Below are positions 50,520 to 63,960 of a stretch of DNA of 64,000 nt, one piece after another. Source of the stretch: Camelus dromedarius (taxonomy: Eukaryota). The stretch is taken from positions 98,768,001-98,832,000 of the forward strand of contig NC_087472.1 of the NCBI RefSeq assembly GCF_036321535.1. The letters are read 5' to 3'. How positions within the stretch are numbered: position 1 is the stretch's first letter; each line of letters begins with the position of its first letter. The position numbers and the translations under genes were made by a program. A model generated the notes under the pieces. It worked only from the letters and a program-made list of their open reading frames with translations, was not told the origin of the DNA and made no database searches.

Positions 50520-51080
50520 ATTGCAAGTAGTTCAGTAAGGGACTAAAGTAAAGAGGCAATAGGTAAGACTGGAGGCCTAGGCAGAGTTAAAATACTATCC
50601 TGAAGATAATAGGGAGATAATGAAGAATTTTAAGCAAAGGAATGCTTCCCTCCCAATTCTCAAATGCTGAGTTAAATATTTGAAATTTGCAAGACTGGAG
50701 GTTTTTTTCTATAATCAGAGCAACAATGAAGGACTGAAGCTGAAGTTACAGCATATTTGACTGGGAAAATCATGAGATCAGTTTTAGACTCCATGAATTT
50801 GAAGTCCTGGTACTTTCAGGTGAGATGTCTAGAGGCTGTTGGATTTATGGGTCTGAAGTAGAGGAGAGATATCTGGGCTGGTAACATAGACATTAGCCAT
50901 AGTCACTAGTATTGGTGGAAGCCATGGCTAAAGGTAGGACCTCCCCAAAAGATTATCCAGAATGAAAAGAGGACAGTATGTGGATTTGTGGGAGCAGCAA
51001 AATCTAAAGGGGAGGGAAGAGGAGGAAGTACTCGGAGATTAAAGAATTGCCAGATAAGTAGAAGGGAAACCAAGAGGTGC
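50520..51080 (-). mobile_element. L2 relic
   Basis: 'gaagaattttaagca...gagatcagttttagac...gaatttgaagt...aggtgagatgtctag...gggtctgaagtagaggagagatatctgggctgg'. Confidence 0.6.
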
Positions 51081-52024
51081 TCTCTCTCTGAGTTATATTA
51101 AATGCATACATCTGTCGGCTGAATGAATGTCCCCCCACAAATCCTTGAAAAGTATCCTTTGGAATTTGTAATTATTTGCATTTATTTGGTTAAAATATAT
51201 ATACATTTGCCTTTGTAATACTTGGTAGACATATTAAATGAATCCAGTGCAAGACAAGAGTGAAACACAAGGGTTGTTTTTCTACTCACACATGGGGGTA
51301 GATGTGCCACACTGACTCACAGCCCAAATAGTTGATTCATCATTACAGTCCATGTGCCCATCCTACTGTCTGTTGCTGCAATTAAACGTATATTCACAGC
51401 ATCCACTCATTCTTCCAGTACTTATTTTTAAGTGAAAACTAACTGAAAGCTTTCATATATTGATAAATTATAAATTGCTGCTTCTATCTTTTCCATTCTT
51501 ACATTTGTTCTCTCTTCTCTATTCACATTGGCATATGACATTGTTGCTCTCACCGAATGAGTCATTTGAAGTGGGAATATTAATTTAACAGGTTAAGCCA
51601 TCTCAAAAAGAACTGCATTCCCCTCTTTATATTTATGACAAATGTAACAACTGCAGAATGAAGTGTAAATTCACAACTCTTAGTAGTTTAGACTGATAAT
51701 ACATTTCCACCATCATAATTTTACAAGTAGAATTTATTTTTGCTGACACTTTACTTTGTGTTTCTCTTGTAAGCATCATTGTGTTTCAATGAGATCTATC
51801 CAACTGGTATAACTGTCAATTGAAATGTACCCCTAAAAAGATATGAAATGGAAGTTATTCTACTTTTCAAGTTTGGTTAAATGGTTGGATGCTCAGCAAT
51901 ATAATGAAAATTAGGTAAATTAAAGATTGTACAACTCTCATCATGAATAGTGTACATAATTGAGGATCTTCTCTTTTACTTTTGACCTTGGCTTTACTTT
52001 TTCTCTTGACCTTGGCTTTAAAAT

Positions 52025-52280
52025 GTATAAACTTTTATTTTTGAGTTAAAACTATAGTATATGTTCACTGTAGAAAACTTGGAAAATACAGAATAGCAAA
52101 AGAAGCAAATTAAATCACCTATCATATCACTATCCTCTTACGATTTTCTTCAATACATATATATAATTGAAACAAAAGGCATTACACTGTATATACATAT
52201 AATTTTAATGTTTAAAAATTAATGTATTAGGCACATTTCCCCTTATAATACATATTCTTAGATACCGTTTAATGGCTTTG
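52025..52280 (-). mobile_element. Ancient L1ME-like 3' end
   Basis: 'atatgttcactgtagaaaacttggaaaatacagaa...taaatcacctat'. Confidence 0.6.
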
Positions 52281-52950
52281 TGATTTGCCGAGATATTGAT
52301 TTTACCGTCTTTTATTTTCTCAGGCTCTGCTGTGCAAATGAGTATTTTAAATGACAATACAAAGTTGTTACTTAATTGTTCTAGTTGGCATTACAAATGA
52401 CTGGCAGCACTATAGAGGATTAAATAGGGGTAATACGTGTAGAACACTTTGAAAAGGCATGATAGCAACTCTGAAAATCTTCTTATAAGTGAATCAGAAA
52501 AGTAAACATATCGAAGTTAAGAAAGGCAAAGTGGAATGAAGCTCTGAATTAAGTGAAGTTTTAGAAAGGAATAATTCTCTACAACATCCTGTAAGTGGGA
52601 TGAACATACACTGAATTTTCTGAGACAATTCTGGCTTTATATATTTTTATCTTGTTGACTCTCCATTAACCATCAAATGTCCAGAATTCTCAATATTTAA
52701 GCACTCAAACTATCTCTCAGACTGCTTTTTGCATCTGGAAACAGCACAAACACCAGAGAATCTTAACATTTGGATTAGAAAATATAATTTCCATACAGGT
52801 ATTAAATAGCCCAAAATTGACTATGCTCCTATTTTTCTTAGCAGATTTTAAGTCCTGTTGAATATCAAAAAGTAATTAATTAACTATATGTATTTTAAAT
52901 TTTCTACAATGAATATGTTATTATTTGTGCAATTTTACAAAGTTATATAT

Positions 52951-53495
52951 TGTCAGAGACTGTATTTTCCAATGATGGCCATTTCCCATTTTATATTCTC
53001 TTCTTAAAATGAACTTTGCCACTCCCTCACTGACAGGTGAAGTCTGTGTTCCCTCCTGAAGCCACAGAGATGACTGTATGTACCAATAGAATACAGCAGA
53101 AGTGATGCCATGTTACTTTCAAGACTAAGTTATAAATGGTGATAGAGCTTTCATCTGGCTCTTCCTGGGATGCTTGCTCTTGGAACCTAACTGCAACACT
53201 ATGAGGGAATTTAGGCTACATAGAAGGGCCATATGTTCACGTTCTGGCCTAGAGTTCCAACTGAGGTCCCAGTCAGTTGCCAGCATCACCACCAAACTTG
53301 TGAGTGAGGAAAACGTTGAAATGAGTCCAACTACCTGCATGCAGCTGAATGAGAAACTCTGAGTAAAAAGGGCCTAGCTGAGCCCACTCAACCCGAGAAG
53401 TGTGAAATAATAATCGTAATAATAATAAATGATTGTTGCTGGCTTATACCACTAAGTGTGGAGTGGTTTGCTATATAGTAATAGACAACCAGAAC
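52951..53495 (+). mobile_element. MLT1G-like MaLR solo LTR
   Basis: 'tgtcagagactgtattttccaatgatggcc...accaatagaatacagcagaagtgatgc...gccagcatcaccaccaaacttgtgagtgag...ggtttgctatatagtaatagacaaccagaac'. Confidence 0.85.
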
Positions 53496-54926
53496 TTACA
53501 TAAAAAATAAATTAAAAAGAGGGCTGTAAAACATTAATTTGTCTGCATTGATGAAATGCTTGTGTTAACCCAGTCCTACTATACAGTGGAGGCAACAGTC
53601 ACCCAAACCCCTGAATGGAGAACTGAAGTAACCACAAATTGAGAAGGCAAAAGGAGCTTTTAAAAAACACTTTTAATCACAGCTACAAGAGAGGTCTACA
53701 TTGCTGGGCATGGCTGGAAAATACTAGCAGCTGTTGGACAGGGCTGGCAAAAATCTTAAGGGAGCAGGAGTGCCCAGTCTGGACAATAGCTTGAGGACAA
53801 CGTTGTCTCTGAGAGGCAGGGTAGAGAACCAAGTGACTCTGCAAACAGTGGTCACAGCTGCAAATCAAAGAGCCATTTCACTTTTGGATTTTGGCCATAT
53901 GATGGTCATTTTTTTCAACACTCATGCAAAATGAGCATGACGAGACAGATATCTCTGCTTGAACCAATACTTTGAATGTTAATGTTACATCATACATATT
54001 TCATTAGTAGAGCAGTGCTCTGCATAACCTTATCCATACTTTTATTTTTCTTTTTAACTGATTAAACAAACAGCACAGCCTAAAATGAGTCAAAACTGTT
54101 CTTGAAAGATCAGAAGGTATGAGGGGGGTTCTGAGAACTGGGTCACAAAAAGTCTGTCACAGGAATACAAGTCTTCAGTGACACTGGGCTATAAGGAGGG
54201 ACTTCAGGGTCTGTGAAATCAAGGGCAACAGCTGGAAACTGGGAAAGTGGACCCATCTGGAGAGTGAATAAGGCTGGATCACAGACTGCAGGGAGAAAAC
54301 AAGGAAGGACAATTTGGAAACTTCTTGAACATTTATCCATCTCTTCATCCTTATAAAATTTGGCACTAAGTCTTTTGTAAGGCTAGAGATTAATTCTTAA
54401 AGGGCAAGTCTTGGTCTTCTGGCTATCAGAGCCATGCTAGGCTTTCTTTGAGCTCATCCAATGGTAGATTTCACACACTTAAAAGCCTGCTAGTTGTAGA
54501 ATGACTAATCGGGTTGATTCTTCTGTCCACACCTTTCCATCACATGCTTTGTCAGTCTGGGAACTGTCTAAGAAAATTCACTGTATACTTATCCTACTTA
54601 CAGGACATTGTAGAAGACTATTTCCTTCTAAAACTCCACTTGATTCAGAGCTTTATGCCACTTTGCCTTTCTTCTCTTTGATGTGTTTGCTTTCCTGATT
54701 CACTTAGAAGAACATTTTTAAGTTTCTTTTATGCTTTTTCAAAGTGTTCCACATGCATTACCTCCTGCACTGAGTATTATTAGTCACCTTTTTAATTGCT
54801 GGGAACCAAGTAAAAGGTGGGCTTCTATGAGGCCTGGCAACACAGGGAGTGTTGAAATACAAAGTGTATGCATACATGTGGTGATGACAAGCTGGGTATA
54901 GTGAACAATCGGGTTGACTACCTAGG

Positions 54927-55354
54927 TGAGTCTGAATTGCAGGTTGGGCTCACTGGGAAGCAGACTCAGAGAGAGATTAGCATGCAGGAGGTTCATTGGG
55001 AAGTGCTCTACAGATCAAAACCTGGAGGAAGCATACCCAACAGAGGGAGAAGTTGGGTGTTAATGCAGTCTCAAGAGAGACTTCTACCAACCCCACAGGG
55101 AGTGCTGAACCCTGAAAGGTTGCCTGGCATTACAAAAAAGGGTCTATGTCTTTATACATCCCCATTATGTTCATTGGATACAGGTTGCCCCTGGGAAAGA
55201 TACATGACCTTAGGTGAAGCAGCTCTTTCCAACAGCAGTTTCTGGAGAGGGCTGACAGCCGAGGACTGTCTCTTGGCTGCATTACCAGAAGCTGAGGGAA
55301 TGAGTCCTTCAGTCCCAAAGAAGGATCTAGATGGCACAACGCAGTATCTACTAT
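54927..55354 (-). mobile_element. LTR40-family (ERVL) solo LTR
   Basis: 'ggttgggctcactgggaagcagactc...gcatgcaggaggttcattggg...agctgagggaatgagtccttcagtcc...ggatctagatggcaca'. Confidence 0.75.
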
Positions 55355-55519
55355 AGTCAGAATGGGTCCAAGGACACATCTTTAAGTTTGTGCCAGATCT
55401 GGTTGATGCATTTGACTTGAGAAGAAGTGCTTGGGAGGGCAGGGGAAGTAAGGAAAACAGTTGCTGTCTCAGACTACATTCTCTCAAGGTGGAATCTTTA
55501 AATACTTCTCAAGATATAG

Positions 55520-56150
55520 ATACAAGTTGAAAAAATACTAGGGGAAACAGTTTGAAATATCTGATTGAAACACTAGTGTTCAGACTATGAGATGAGTAGA
55601 GATGGTAGTCCAAGGGTGTAGATGAATGGTCTGTAAAGATAATCCATTAGAAACGGAAGAAGAGAACCACAAAAGAATTATGTCGTGAAAGTCAAGGGAA
55701 GAGATAGTTTTAAGAAAGAATATTCAACAGTGTCAAATTTCAAGTAATTTCCTCCCCCTCCCCAATAAAAGGGCTCAGGAAGTAGTCTGGTAATAGTCAC
55801 TCTGGACAAAATCATTTCAAACGAATGGATGGGGCAGAAGTCAGATTGCAGTGGATTAAAGAGTGAGTGTAAAATTGGGAAAATATATGAGAGCAAATCA
55901 CTATTTTTTCCTTCTGTGGAGGAAGAAAATATGAATTCATCACTTGTACTGAGATTTTAGTCTGAGGAAAGTTTTCTTTTGAAAATGGGAATGAAGTGAA
56001 CATGGGTATAGGCTGAGAGGAAGGAATTAGGTGAAAAGAAAAGTTGAAGATAAAGACAGTCAAGGATAATCAATGATTTCTGGTCCTGAAGCTGATGGGA
56101 GGGAATGGAATCCATGGCGCAAGTGTAAGAGTTGGATTTGGATGGTGATT
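55520..56150 (-). mobile_element. L2 relic
   Basis: 'ggggcagaagtcagattgcagtggattaaagagtgagtg' and 'gaaagtcaagggaagagatagttttaagaa'. Confidence 0.6.
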
Positions 56151-57027
56151 TCCCTCTTCAGAAACAAGATAAAAAGAGGCAAGTGTAATTGTTTTAAATA
56201 TTCATGAATAATAGCACAATAAACTCTTATTTACTAAGGAATAAGTAAGAAAGACTATCACACAGCAAGGATGGCCTTTAGCTAATAAGAAGCCAATATG
56301 GATACCTCATGTTTCCTTAAGCTTATTTAAGTAGGTGACTTATTTAGGATTATAATACTGCATCAAGTACACACTTGTCATCATCCACATGTTTGGCTGG
56401 GATGTTAGTTATTAATAAATTTATAGAATTTTAAAGAAGAAAGGGACAATTTTAGGCAACTATGACTATAAATATAAGGTTTATTGAGGAAAATGATCTA
56501 GGCAGTTTCAGATACTGAGATGACCTTGTTCTGTATCATGTGATCCTATACCCCTGGCCTCAGCTGCCTAGACTAGGGAGAACATCCAATTCTAAAGCAG
56601 CCAAACTACAAGCTATCTAGTGGTTCACTGGACAAGAGGTCCTGGTAGTCCCAGTGGCCTGTGAGAACATTGTTCATCAGGAATGTTGGTGATGGATTGA
56701 ACCAACTTAATCTCTTTCAGTTACTTGGGGTAAGAAACAAAAGGAAAAAACAAGAAAATTGTTAGTGGCAGCCGAAGCTGAAAGATACACAAAGACAAGG
56801 CTGGTAAGAGAGGCCCTGAGGCAACTTGGACCATGAGGGCCTCATATTTGAGAGGAAGCTAGGAAAAAGGAGGAACTGGGAAACAAACAGAGAAAAAGGT
56901 GAAGTCAATGCAATGCCAAGTGCTTGGCCCAAGGTCACAAACTTAGTGACTAGCAAAATCTGAATCAGAGAGCTATTTAGTCATTTTTCTTTCTGTTTCT
57001 GTAACAGATGAATGCCTTCAGCTATTC

Positions 57028-57228
57028 CACAGTACCTTCCAAACCTGGCTGTGAATCAGAATCAACTGAAAAGCTTTTGAAAAAATACATTGCTGATCCC
57101 TAGGTCTCACTTCTGGAAATTCTTCTTCTCTAAGTCTGGCTGTAGCCTTTGGGTCTGTGCTTTTGATAAGCTCTGCAGGTGATTCTTATGTGGGAGGTCA
57201 ACTGACCTGTATCTGGGAATCACTTTCC
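57028..57228. mobile_element. MER5A-like MITE
   Basis: 'ttccaaacctggctgtgaatcagaatcaactg...ataagctctgcaggtgattcttatgtg...tgggaatcact'. Confidence 0.7.
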
Positions 57229-57932
57229 CAGGACATAGCTCTGTGCCCAAGTGCCTTTAGTTACTCATTTAAAATTCAGGTCCAGGAAGACTTCATTGTT
57301 ACTATGGTGACAGAACAGGCGTTAATAGGAATATTTATATTACTAAGATTGGAAATGAAGGGAATTGCATTACCAGCATAGCAATTACTCTTTCCTGGGC
57401 TGGCATCAAACGTAGAAGCTCCTGTTTAGAAAGCAGATCATGCATTCCTTCCCCTAACTCTTTAGCAAAATGACTAAGCCTGAGTTTCCACTGCATTTTT
57501 TGTAATTTTTCACATCTTTGTAAGCGTACCTACCTATACATAGAAAAGTATTTTTCAGAAGTGCCTTCCAGAGGATGAAGTCTTAATGTAATTATGTTTG
57601 AAATTCATGGCAAATATTTGGGGCATATCAGAAGAGGGTCTGTGCACGTGGAATAGATGTTTAGAGAATGGACCTTTTTTATTTTGAACACTACCCTGTG
57701 TCTTTTGTATCTGCATACCTACGCAGCACAGTCAGAACTCAATAATCTCTTGTTGATTGATGCTTGATTGATTGATTAGGCCCTTAGGTTAAAGTCATGG
57801 TAGCCTTATTTTCATTTCTTTCCACCATTACCCTTCACTCTTCTTCCTTCTCCAGATAAAGTGGAAATCCAGTGAACTGTTATCTTGTAGTTTGGAGGCT
57901 TCCAAGTAGTCCTTCAAGCCCTCCAAGTAAGG

Positions 57933-58180
57933 CATGCCTTCTCAGTGGAGGTGATATCACCTAGAGGGGTCCCAAGTCGGTTCTCGGTGGAGCCCCCCAA
58001 AAAATCTTAGATATTATAATGATCTGTGGCTGCCAAAGGGCCACATAGTACATAAACAGATACACAGTGAATCTGTGGTGTTTAAAATTTCACGGTGTGG
58101 GGAGGTTATTTGGGAAAATATGTCTAAAAAAGTCTCCTTAGGTGGGAAATAATAATTTAAAAAAAGGTTGAGAAATACTG
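57933..58180. mobile_element. hAT-Charlie-type MITE
   Basis: Imperfect TIRs CATGCCTTCTCAG / GTTGAGAAATACTG; flanking 8-mers AAGTAAGG/TTTTAAGG form a partial TSD. Confidence 0.7.
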
Positions 58181-59299
58181 TTTTAAGGACGAAGTCCTTA
58201 TAAAGTCCTGGCTGCCTAGCATCTGGGCTTTGTCTCAGTGCACAAATGGATTACCATAAGGAGTTTCAGTGGTGGATTGGCAGAATGAGTCAGTCAGGCA
58301 GGCCAGCTCCCTGGCTGGCCATTAAAGACTCCCTGGGTAGCATCACATTAGCAACCAAGTGTTCTGTTTGAGGAGTACTTGAAGAGTTAGCACTCTTCAG
58401 AGGAGCCTGAAGGATTTAATATAATGAACAGGATTTCAAGGGATGAGTGGGCTTTTATAGATGGAGGCCCCTAATTCAGTTCTACAAGAGGAAATGGGAA
58501 TCAGCTGATTACTAATGGGGGCATTACAATAGTGAAATAGCCAACTGATGAATGAGTTATTCAAAATGTTATTTGCCCAGAGACACTTCAAGAAATGGAG
58601 GAGAGAGACAAAAGCCTAGAAGTTAACCCAAACATCATGACTTATTTGAGTATGTTGAGTCCAAAAGTGATAATGTGGCAGAAATAATTCATCTAGACAG
58701 TGTTTAGAATCATTTCTATCAAACTCTCCAGTGGAGAATTGATTTGATTATTTAGGTAACTACGTGATCTAGAGTTGTTTAAGTGAATATTTTTGTCAAA
58801 TTATTGACTTTTTGTATTCAAGACTAAGCCAGTTGTGTTGATATGAACAATGCGTTAAAGTTATAATTACTATATATACAGTGACAATTTGGGAAACAGA
58901 AACAGAAATGAAAGATTAAGATACAAATATATCATATTTAAGTTTCTCAAAATGTGTTATTGTAGGCTCAGAACTGCACATTAATCTCCTATAACAGATT
59001 ATTTCACTTCATGCATCTCTCATATGTTGTTGGTAAATACCTGTAGCCTGTTAAACCAATATAGCTCTGGGATGCTGAATTTTCAGATAACAGTTTATCA
59101 GTGTATCATAACTTTAGACTACTGTATTTACAATACAGTATACTATTTATCATATAGTTTACTTAAATTATTATATTCATAGTACAATGCATCCTATATT
59201 AATCTTGCCTTTCACGTTGTGACATGAAGGGGTCTTGGCATTATCATTAGAGCAATGTCCAAAAACATCCAATGATGAGGTAGGGCTTCTAGGTGAGTG

Positions 59300-59750
59300 T
59301 CTTACATGTGTCCTTTTATATCCCTTATCCTTATATCACTCCGCCTGCTACTCTGTGCCCCAGGAGGCTGACGTCTGCAGGCTGCCTCAGCAGGTTCCCT
59401 TGCCCTTTGGCTTTCCATTTGGCCAATGAGAGGCACCTACAAGAAACAGGAAAGTGGGAGAAATAAGAAGAGGGTGTTTATCCCCTCCCCGCCTGGTCAC
59501 CAGGAGTTCACTGCTTCTCTCTAAGCTGTCTCCATATAGCTACTCTCCCCAGCTTCTAGTAATGACTCCCTCCCCTTACTTCTTCAGGCTTCAAATTCTC
59601 TGATGTTGCTATCCCTGGGGCACTGCAATATCCCATGTTGTTTTTCCAAAACTCTTCCTAAACCTTTGCAAATGGTTCAACCCTTGAATTCTCCTTAGTT
59701 ACCCAGTTTGAGTGTACCATCTTTTTCTGCAGGAACCTATACTGACATTA
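59300..59750 (+). mobile_element. LTR33/LTR41-family solo LTR
   Basis: 'ctctgtgccccaggaggctgac...cccttgccctttggctt...ggccaatgagaggcac...ttacccagtttgagtgtaccatct'. Confidence 0.8.
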
Positions 59751-62700
59751 CACCATAGTGGTCTATAGGATTATGTCAGATCACTGACCTTTTACTGTAT
59801 TATGCTCTCTAGAAGCTAAATTGCTAGAAAAGGACATTTGACTTTCCAAGCCCCAGATATTAGTAAATGAATTAGTTAGAGCACAGCTGTGAAAGCTAGA
59901 ATATTATGCAAATGTGGGCACTGCTCCTGTGCAGAATACTATTGCATGCCATTTAAGACAAATTGAGGTGCCCATTAATTGCGAGGAAGGGCTGTCGGTA
60001 ATGCAAACATTTTACCTTCAATTTGAGACAAGCAGAATAAACAATGGACATTTTGGAAGATACTAGCAAAACAGTGGATCCAGACAGTTTTGCTTTTATT
60101 ACTAAGAAAGGTAACAAAATTAATTTCCTGTGGAGACTGAATAATTTTTATTACTTCCCTTAAGCCAGAATTAATAATTTAGAATGGTTCAGAATAGCCT
60201 TAAAAATGCCTCAAACTTGATGTGGACTTACATAGCAATATTCATGTCTATCTATCAATGTGCAAGCTTTCAAATATAGAAAATACAGGTAAGAGTTCGT
60301 TTGTTTGCATGTATAGATAGCTTTAAAGCTAATAGACTAGAGCTAATTCAAGTTTTTTATTCTGAAATGTGTGCATGGGACCACCATTGACTGTGCCTAC
60401 CACTGAGAAATATTAAGCAATAAATTTCAAAGCAAAGGAAACTTAGAAAGTCGTCATCACTTCACATTTGGAAATCCTTTAACTCAGTTTTGTTCCACAG
60501 AGAACTGAGAGGATACTGGGTTATCTCTTCATGCCTTCCTTTTTGTAATCAGATTCATCTGAGACTAGCTGCTGAATACATTCTAAGTGTCAACATTATT
60601 ATGCTTCTTTTTTGCAAAGGAAAATTAAATGTGCATGTATTTTCAGTAGTTAGGACTGTGGATTGTTGACATCCCCTAAACATCTTACTACGGAGAACTC
60701 TATGAAAAGTTCCTTGGCACAGGCAAAGGCAGATCTATCAGGCAGATGTACCTCTTACTTGCACTGGAATTCCTCTAGGGTCATATATGTCTACATAAGG
60801 CAGATGGCTTAATAATTACTTCTGAAGAGTTCATGAAGTCCAGCTATTCAAGGTCAGTGAGGGTGCTGGAAATTTCCATATTGATGAATACATTTCACAC
60901 TAGTAATATGGGCAGAGAGAGTGATTGTCCTTATTTGGTCCCCTACCCCCAGCTGGGCCTAGCTCGCTCTGGACACTTAATGAATATTAATTGAAATGGA
61001 AATTAATTGAAGTGATGAACTCCCAATGAGGGAGAAGAACAAGGACTGAGGGCATGTTATCAATTGACATGTGATGGGTTTTCCCTTTTCCCTGGACCCC
61101 TAGAAGAAATATAGATTCAAGACCTAGTCATTTTCCCCTACTGGCAGCTCCATCTGGCATCCACGTGAAGAGGTCTGTCATGCAGCCTTGTGTTTTGTAG
61201 CCGTACAGAATCCAGCACTGGGTTTGCACGCTGCTTAGTCAGTGGAGAAGCCCTCCAAGTGCACTCCCACCGCTAGAGTGGCAAAGAGCCTTTGCTAATC
61301 TTTTCCGTCTCTATGGGGTTAGCCCTTAGAATTATGGGACCGAGCCATAACTCCGCTTGCAAAAGCCATAATAATGATGATTTCATCTCAGGCTGTTTGT
61401 AGAACTCTGACTCCCCTGTGGAGTCTGAGAGTTAGGGGAAAGACAGGTTACATAAGAGGGAGAAGTAAACACAGATTGGCTGGCTGTGTAGTATCTGGGG
61501 TTTTCATTGGTACAAGTAGAAAAATATTTGTTCTGTGAAGAAAAGCGAAGGAGTCTTTTTCATTTCTATCAATTTGGCATTTTTTGCTGAGGTCTTTTCT
61601 AACACTCAAACAATTACACTGCCAGAGGCTTTTTCTTCCCAGGGCAAAAAGCACTGTATACACATTTTCTCTCTTTCTCTCTGTCTCTCTCCCCTCCCCC
61701 AACCCTGGCTTTTGAATTGCTTGGGTGCATTTGTGATATACAGATTTCTGTAGTGTTTTTATCTTATTATTCAGGGTTTTTTTGCCTATTGTCCTATATT
61801 TCACATGATAACATTTTGGACAATTCTTAAGCATGTTTTATAACCATTTATTATTGAATTATATTACCCCAGCTGACTGACTGAATGTATTGAAATATGT
61901 AGACTCATCAAACTGCCTTTTTTCATGATGATTCCAGTGAGGCATTTAATGCCCCTACCCTAACCCCATCCTTGGGCCGTTATCACATAATTAATAATGA
62001 AACAAAGTTTGACACATAAAAGGTACAGATAATAACTTTTATTACAGATATAGATAGTACACATACAGAGTCTGGATAATAATAATAAAATATTATTATC
62101 CAGGTTTACTACTAATAAAGATATATACTTTATTGTTTTCTTAAAAGTGAAAAAAAGATGAAAATAATTTAATTCACCCAGTCATCTGGATCATTCAAGT
62201 GAAAAACCTCTTTTTTCAAGGTATTTTCAGACCACAAGATAATCATCAGGGACACTAAAATCTTGGTGATTTACCAAGTCATCCTAAGAACACTCAGATT
62301 TGTCTTAAAGGTTGATTTATAGACAGAGAGAATATGGTAACTTATAATCTGAGAGTTGATTTCATGTTGAGGCAATTTACTTTGAGGGAATCAGAACTGA
62401 AGTGAGCCTAGACTCAAGCATCAGATACTTTAATAGCTCCTTTTCACTTCCCTCAGGTACATAGGGCATATTTTTAAAAGATCTCTGAAAAATAAACAAG
62501 CAAAAATCCCGCCTCTGCCAGTCCCATGATTTGAAATCAGGCACAGCCATACCAGGATGCTCCCAATCTCTTTTCATTGTGGATGGCTGTGTACTGTGTA
62601 ATAATTCAGTTCTGAATAGAACATATCATTTAGCTTTCATGGGAAATGAATTTTCTTCCTGGTTTGGAATAATATTAAGTTGTGTTTTTCCCATCTGTGC

Positions 62701-62859
62701 CTATGAATACAGACCAATGAAGGATTCAGTGGAAAAGTTTTCAGAGATTTGATTCAAATAAATCTTCTTTATGTTGAGTACACATTTAAAGCTTATATAA
62801 GACATAGTAAATTAGCATAATGGCCAATGTTGTGTGTCTCTAGTCCTTAAGGATGTGTA

Positions 62860-63960
62860 TAGACAGACATACTGGATATTTCCCCACAGGCATTTCATGA
62901 ATATCTCTAAGTCAACATGTCTCAAACTGAACTTATTACCCCACCTCCCTGCAAGCAAACCTGTATTCCCTAATGCCACCACCATTCACCTAGTTAACTA
63001 ATCTAGATATTGGGAATTATTCCAAGATCCTTTCTTTCCCTCATTGATTATGCTGAGACTTCTAGATGTTTTCCAAAATCTATTTCTTTTTCTTCCCGGG
63101 CATGGAGCTAGACTACATTTCCCAGCCTCCAGTAAGATATGGCCATAGTACTAAGTACTAGTGAGTGGAATGTGTGTAGAAGTGTTATGAGCCATTTCCT
63201 GGCCAAAGCTTTTAAAATGAGGGTGTGCCCCTCTTCACACTCTCTCCCCTTTTGCTGACTATCATGGGGTTCTAAGGGATGTTGGAACCATAAGATGGAA
63301 GGAGACTGGATTCTTGGATCTTCAAGTGGAGGAAAGCCTCCAGCTGACAAGGAACATCTTTCTTGGAGAGTTACATGTGGAAGAAATAAACTTTTGTATT
63401 GTTTGAACCATTGTACATAATTGGGTCTTTTTTTTTTTTTACTGCAGCATAGCCTACTTAACTAATACACTGCTATTCCTAAGTTATTCCGTTCTGTCTC
63501 GTAGCTAGCTCTCAAATTCTCCCATCATCTCCAGCCCAGCTGTCCTTTCTTTTATCTAGGTTCTCACTCTCCTTAGACTGAGACCCTACAATAGTCCTGA
63601 TTTAGTTTCCTGGCCTGCCTTTGGCTTTATGTCTCTCCAAAGCATTATCTCAAACTGTCAATAATTACCTTTCTATGATATTCAGTGGGAAAACATTGCT
63701 GGCTTGAAAACTGTTCAGTGATCCTCATCATCTATACTAAAAATTCTACACCCTTGGCTCAGCACTAAAGGCTCTTCATAGTCCCCTGCCTTCTCTTCTG
63801 GTTACACCTCTTGCCTCATTACCACCCTTTAACCTGGGATCTACCTTCACTGATCTGCTTCTGGTTCCAAGAAGATGCTCATGCTGCTCCTCCTCCCCAG
63901 AATGCCCTTCTTCCCTCTGCTGAGTCCTTTCGTCTGGAGGGGCAGTTCATAGACTATCTC
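62860..63960 (+). mobile_element. L2 relic, interrupted by an MLT1J-like LTR
   Basis: 'cccacaggcatttca...tcaacatgtctcaaactgaactta' and, after the LTR, 'ctacaatagtcctgattt...ctccccagaatgcccttcttcc'. Confidence 0.6.
63067..63469 (+). mobile_element. MLT1J-like MaLR solo LTR
   Basis: 'agctagactacatttcccagcctcc...ccataagatggaaggagactggattc...aaataaacttt...actgcagcatagcct...actaataca'. Confidence 0.8.

Noticed and set aside
54868..55487. 162-aa ORF (longest in the track) and its antisense ORFs
   Set aside because: They coincide with an LTR40-like solo LTR and show no protein similarity I can recognise.
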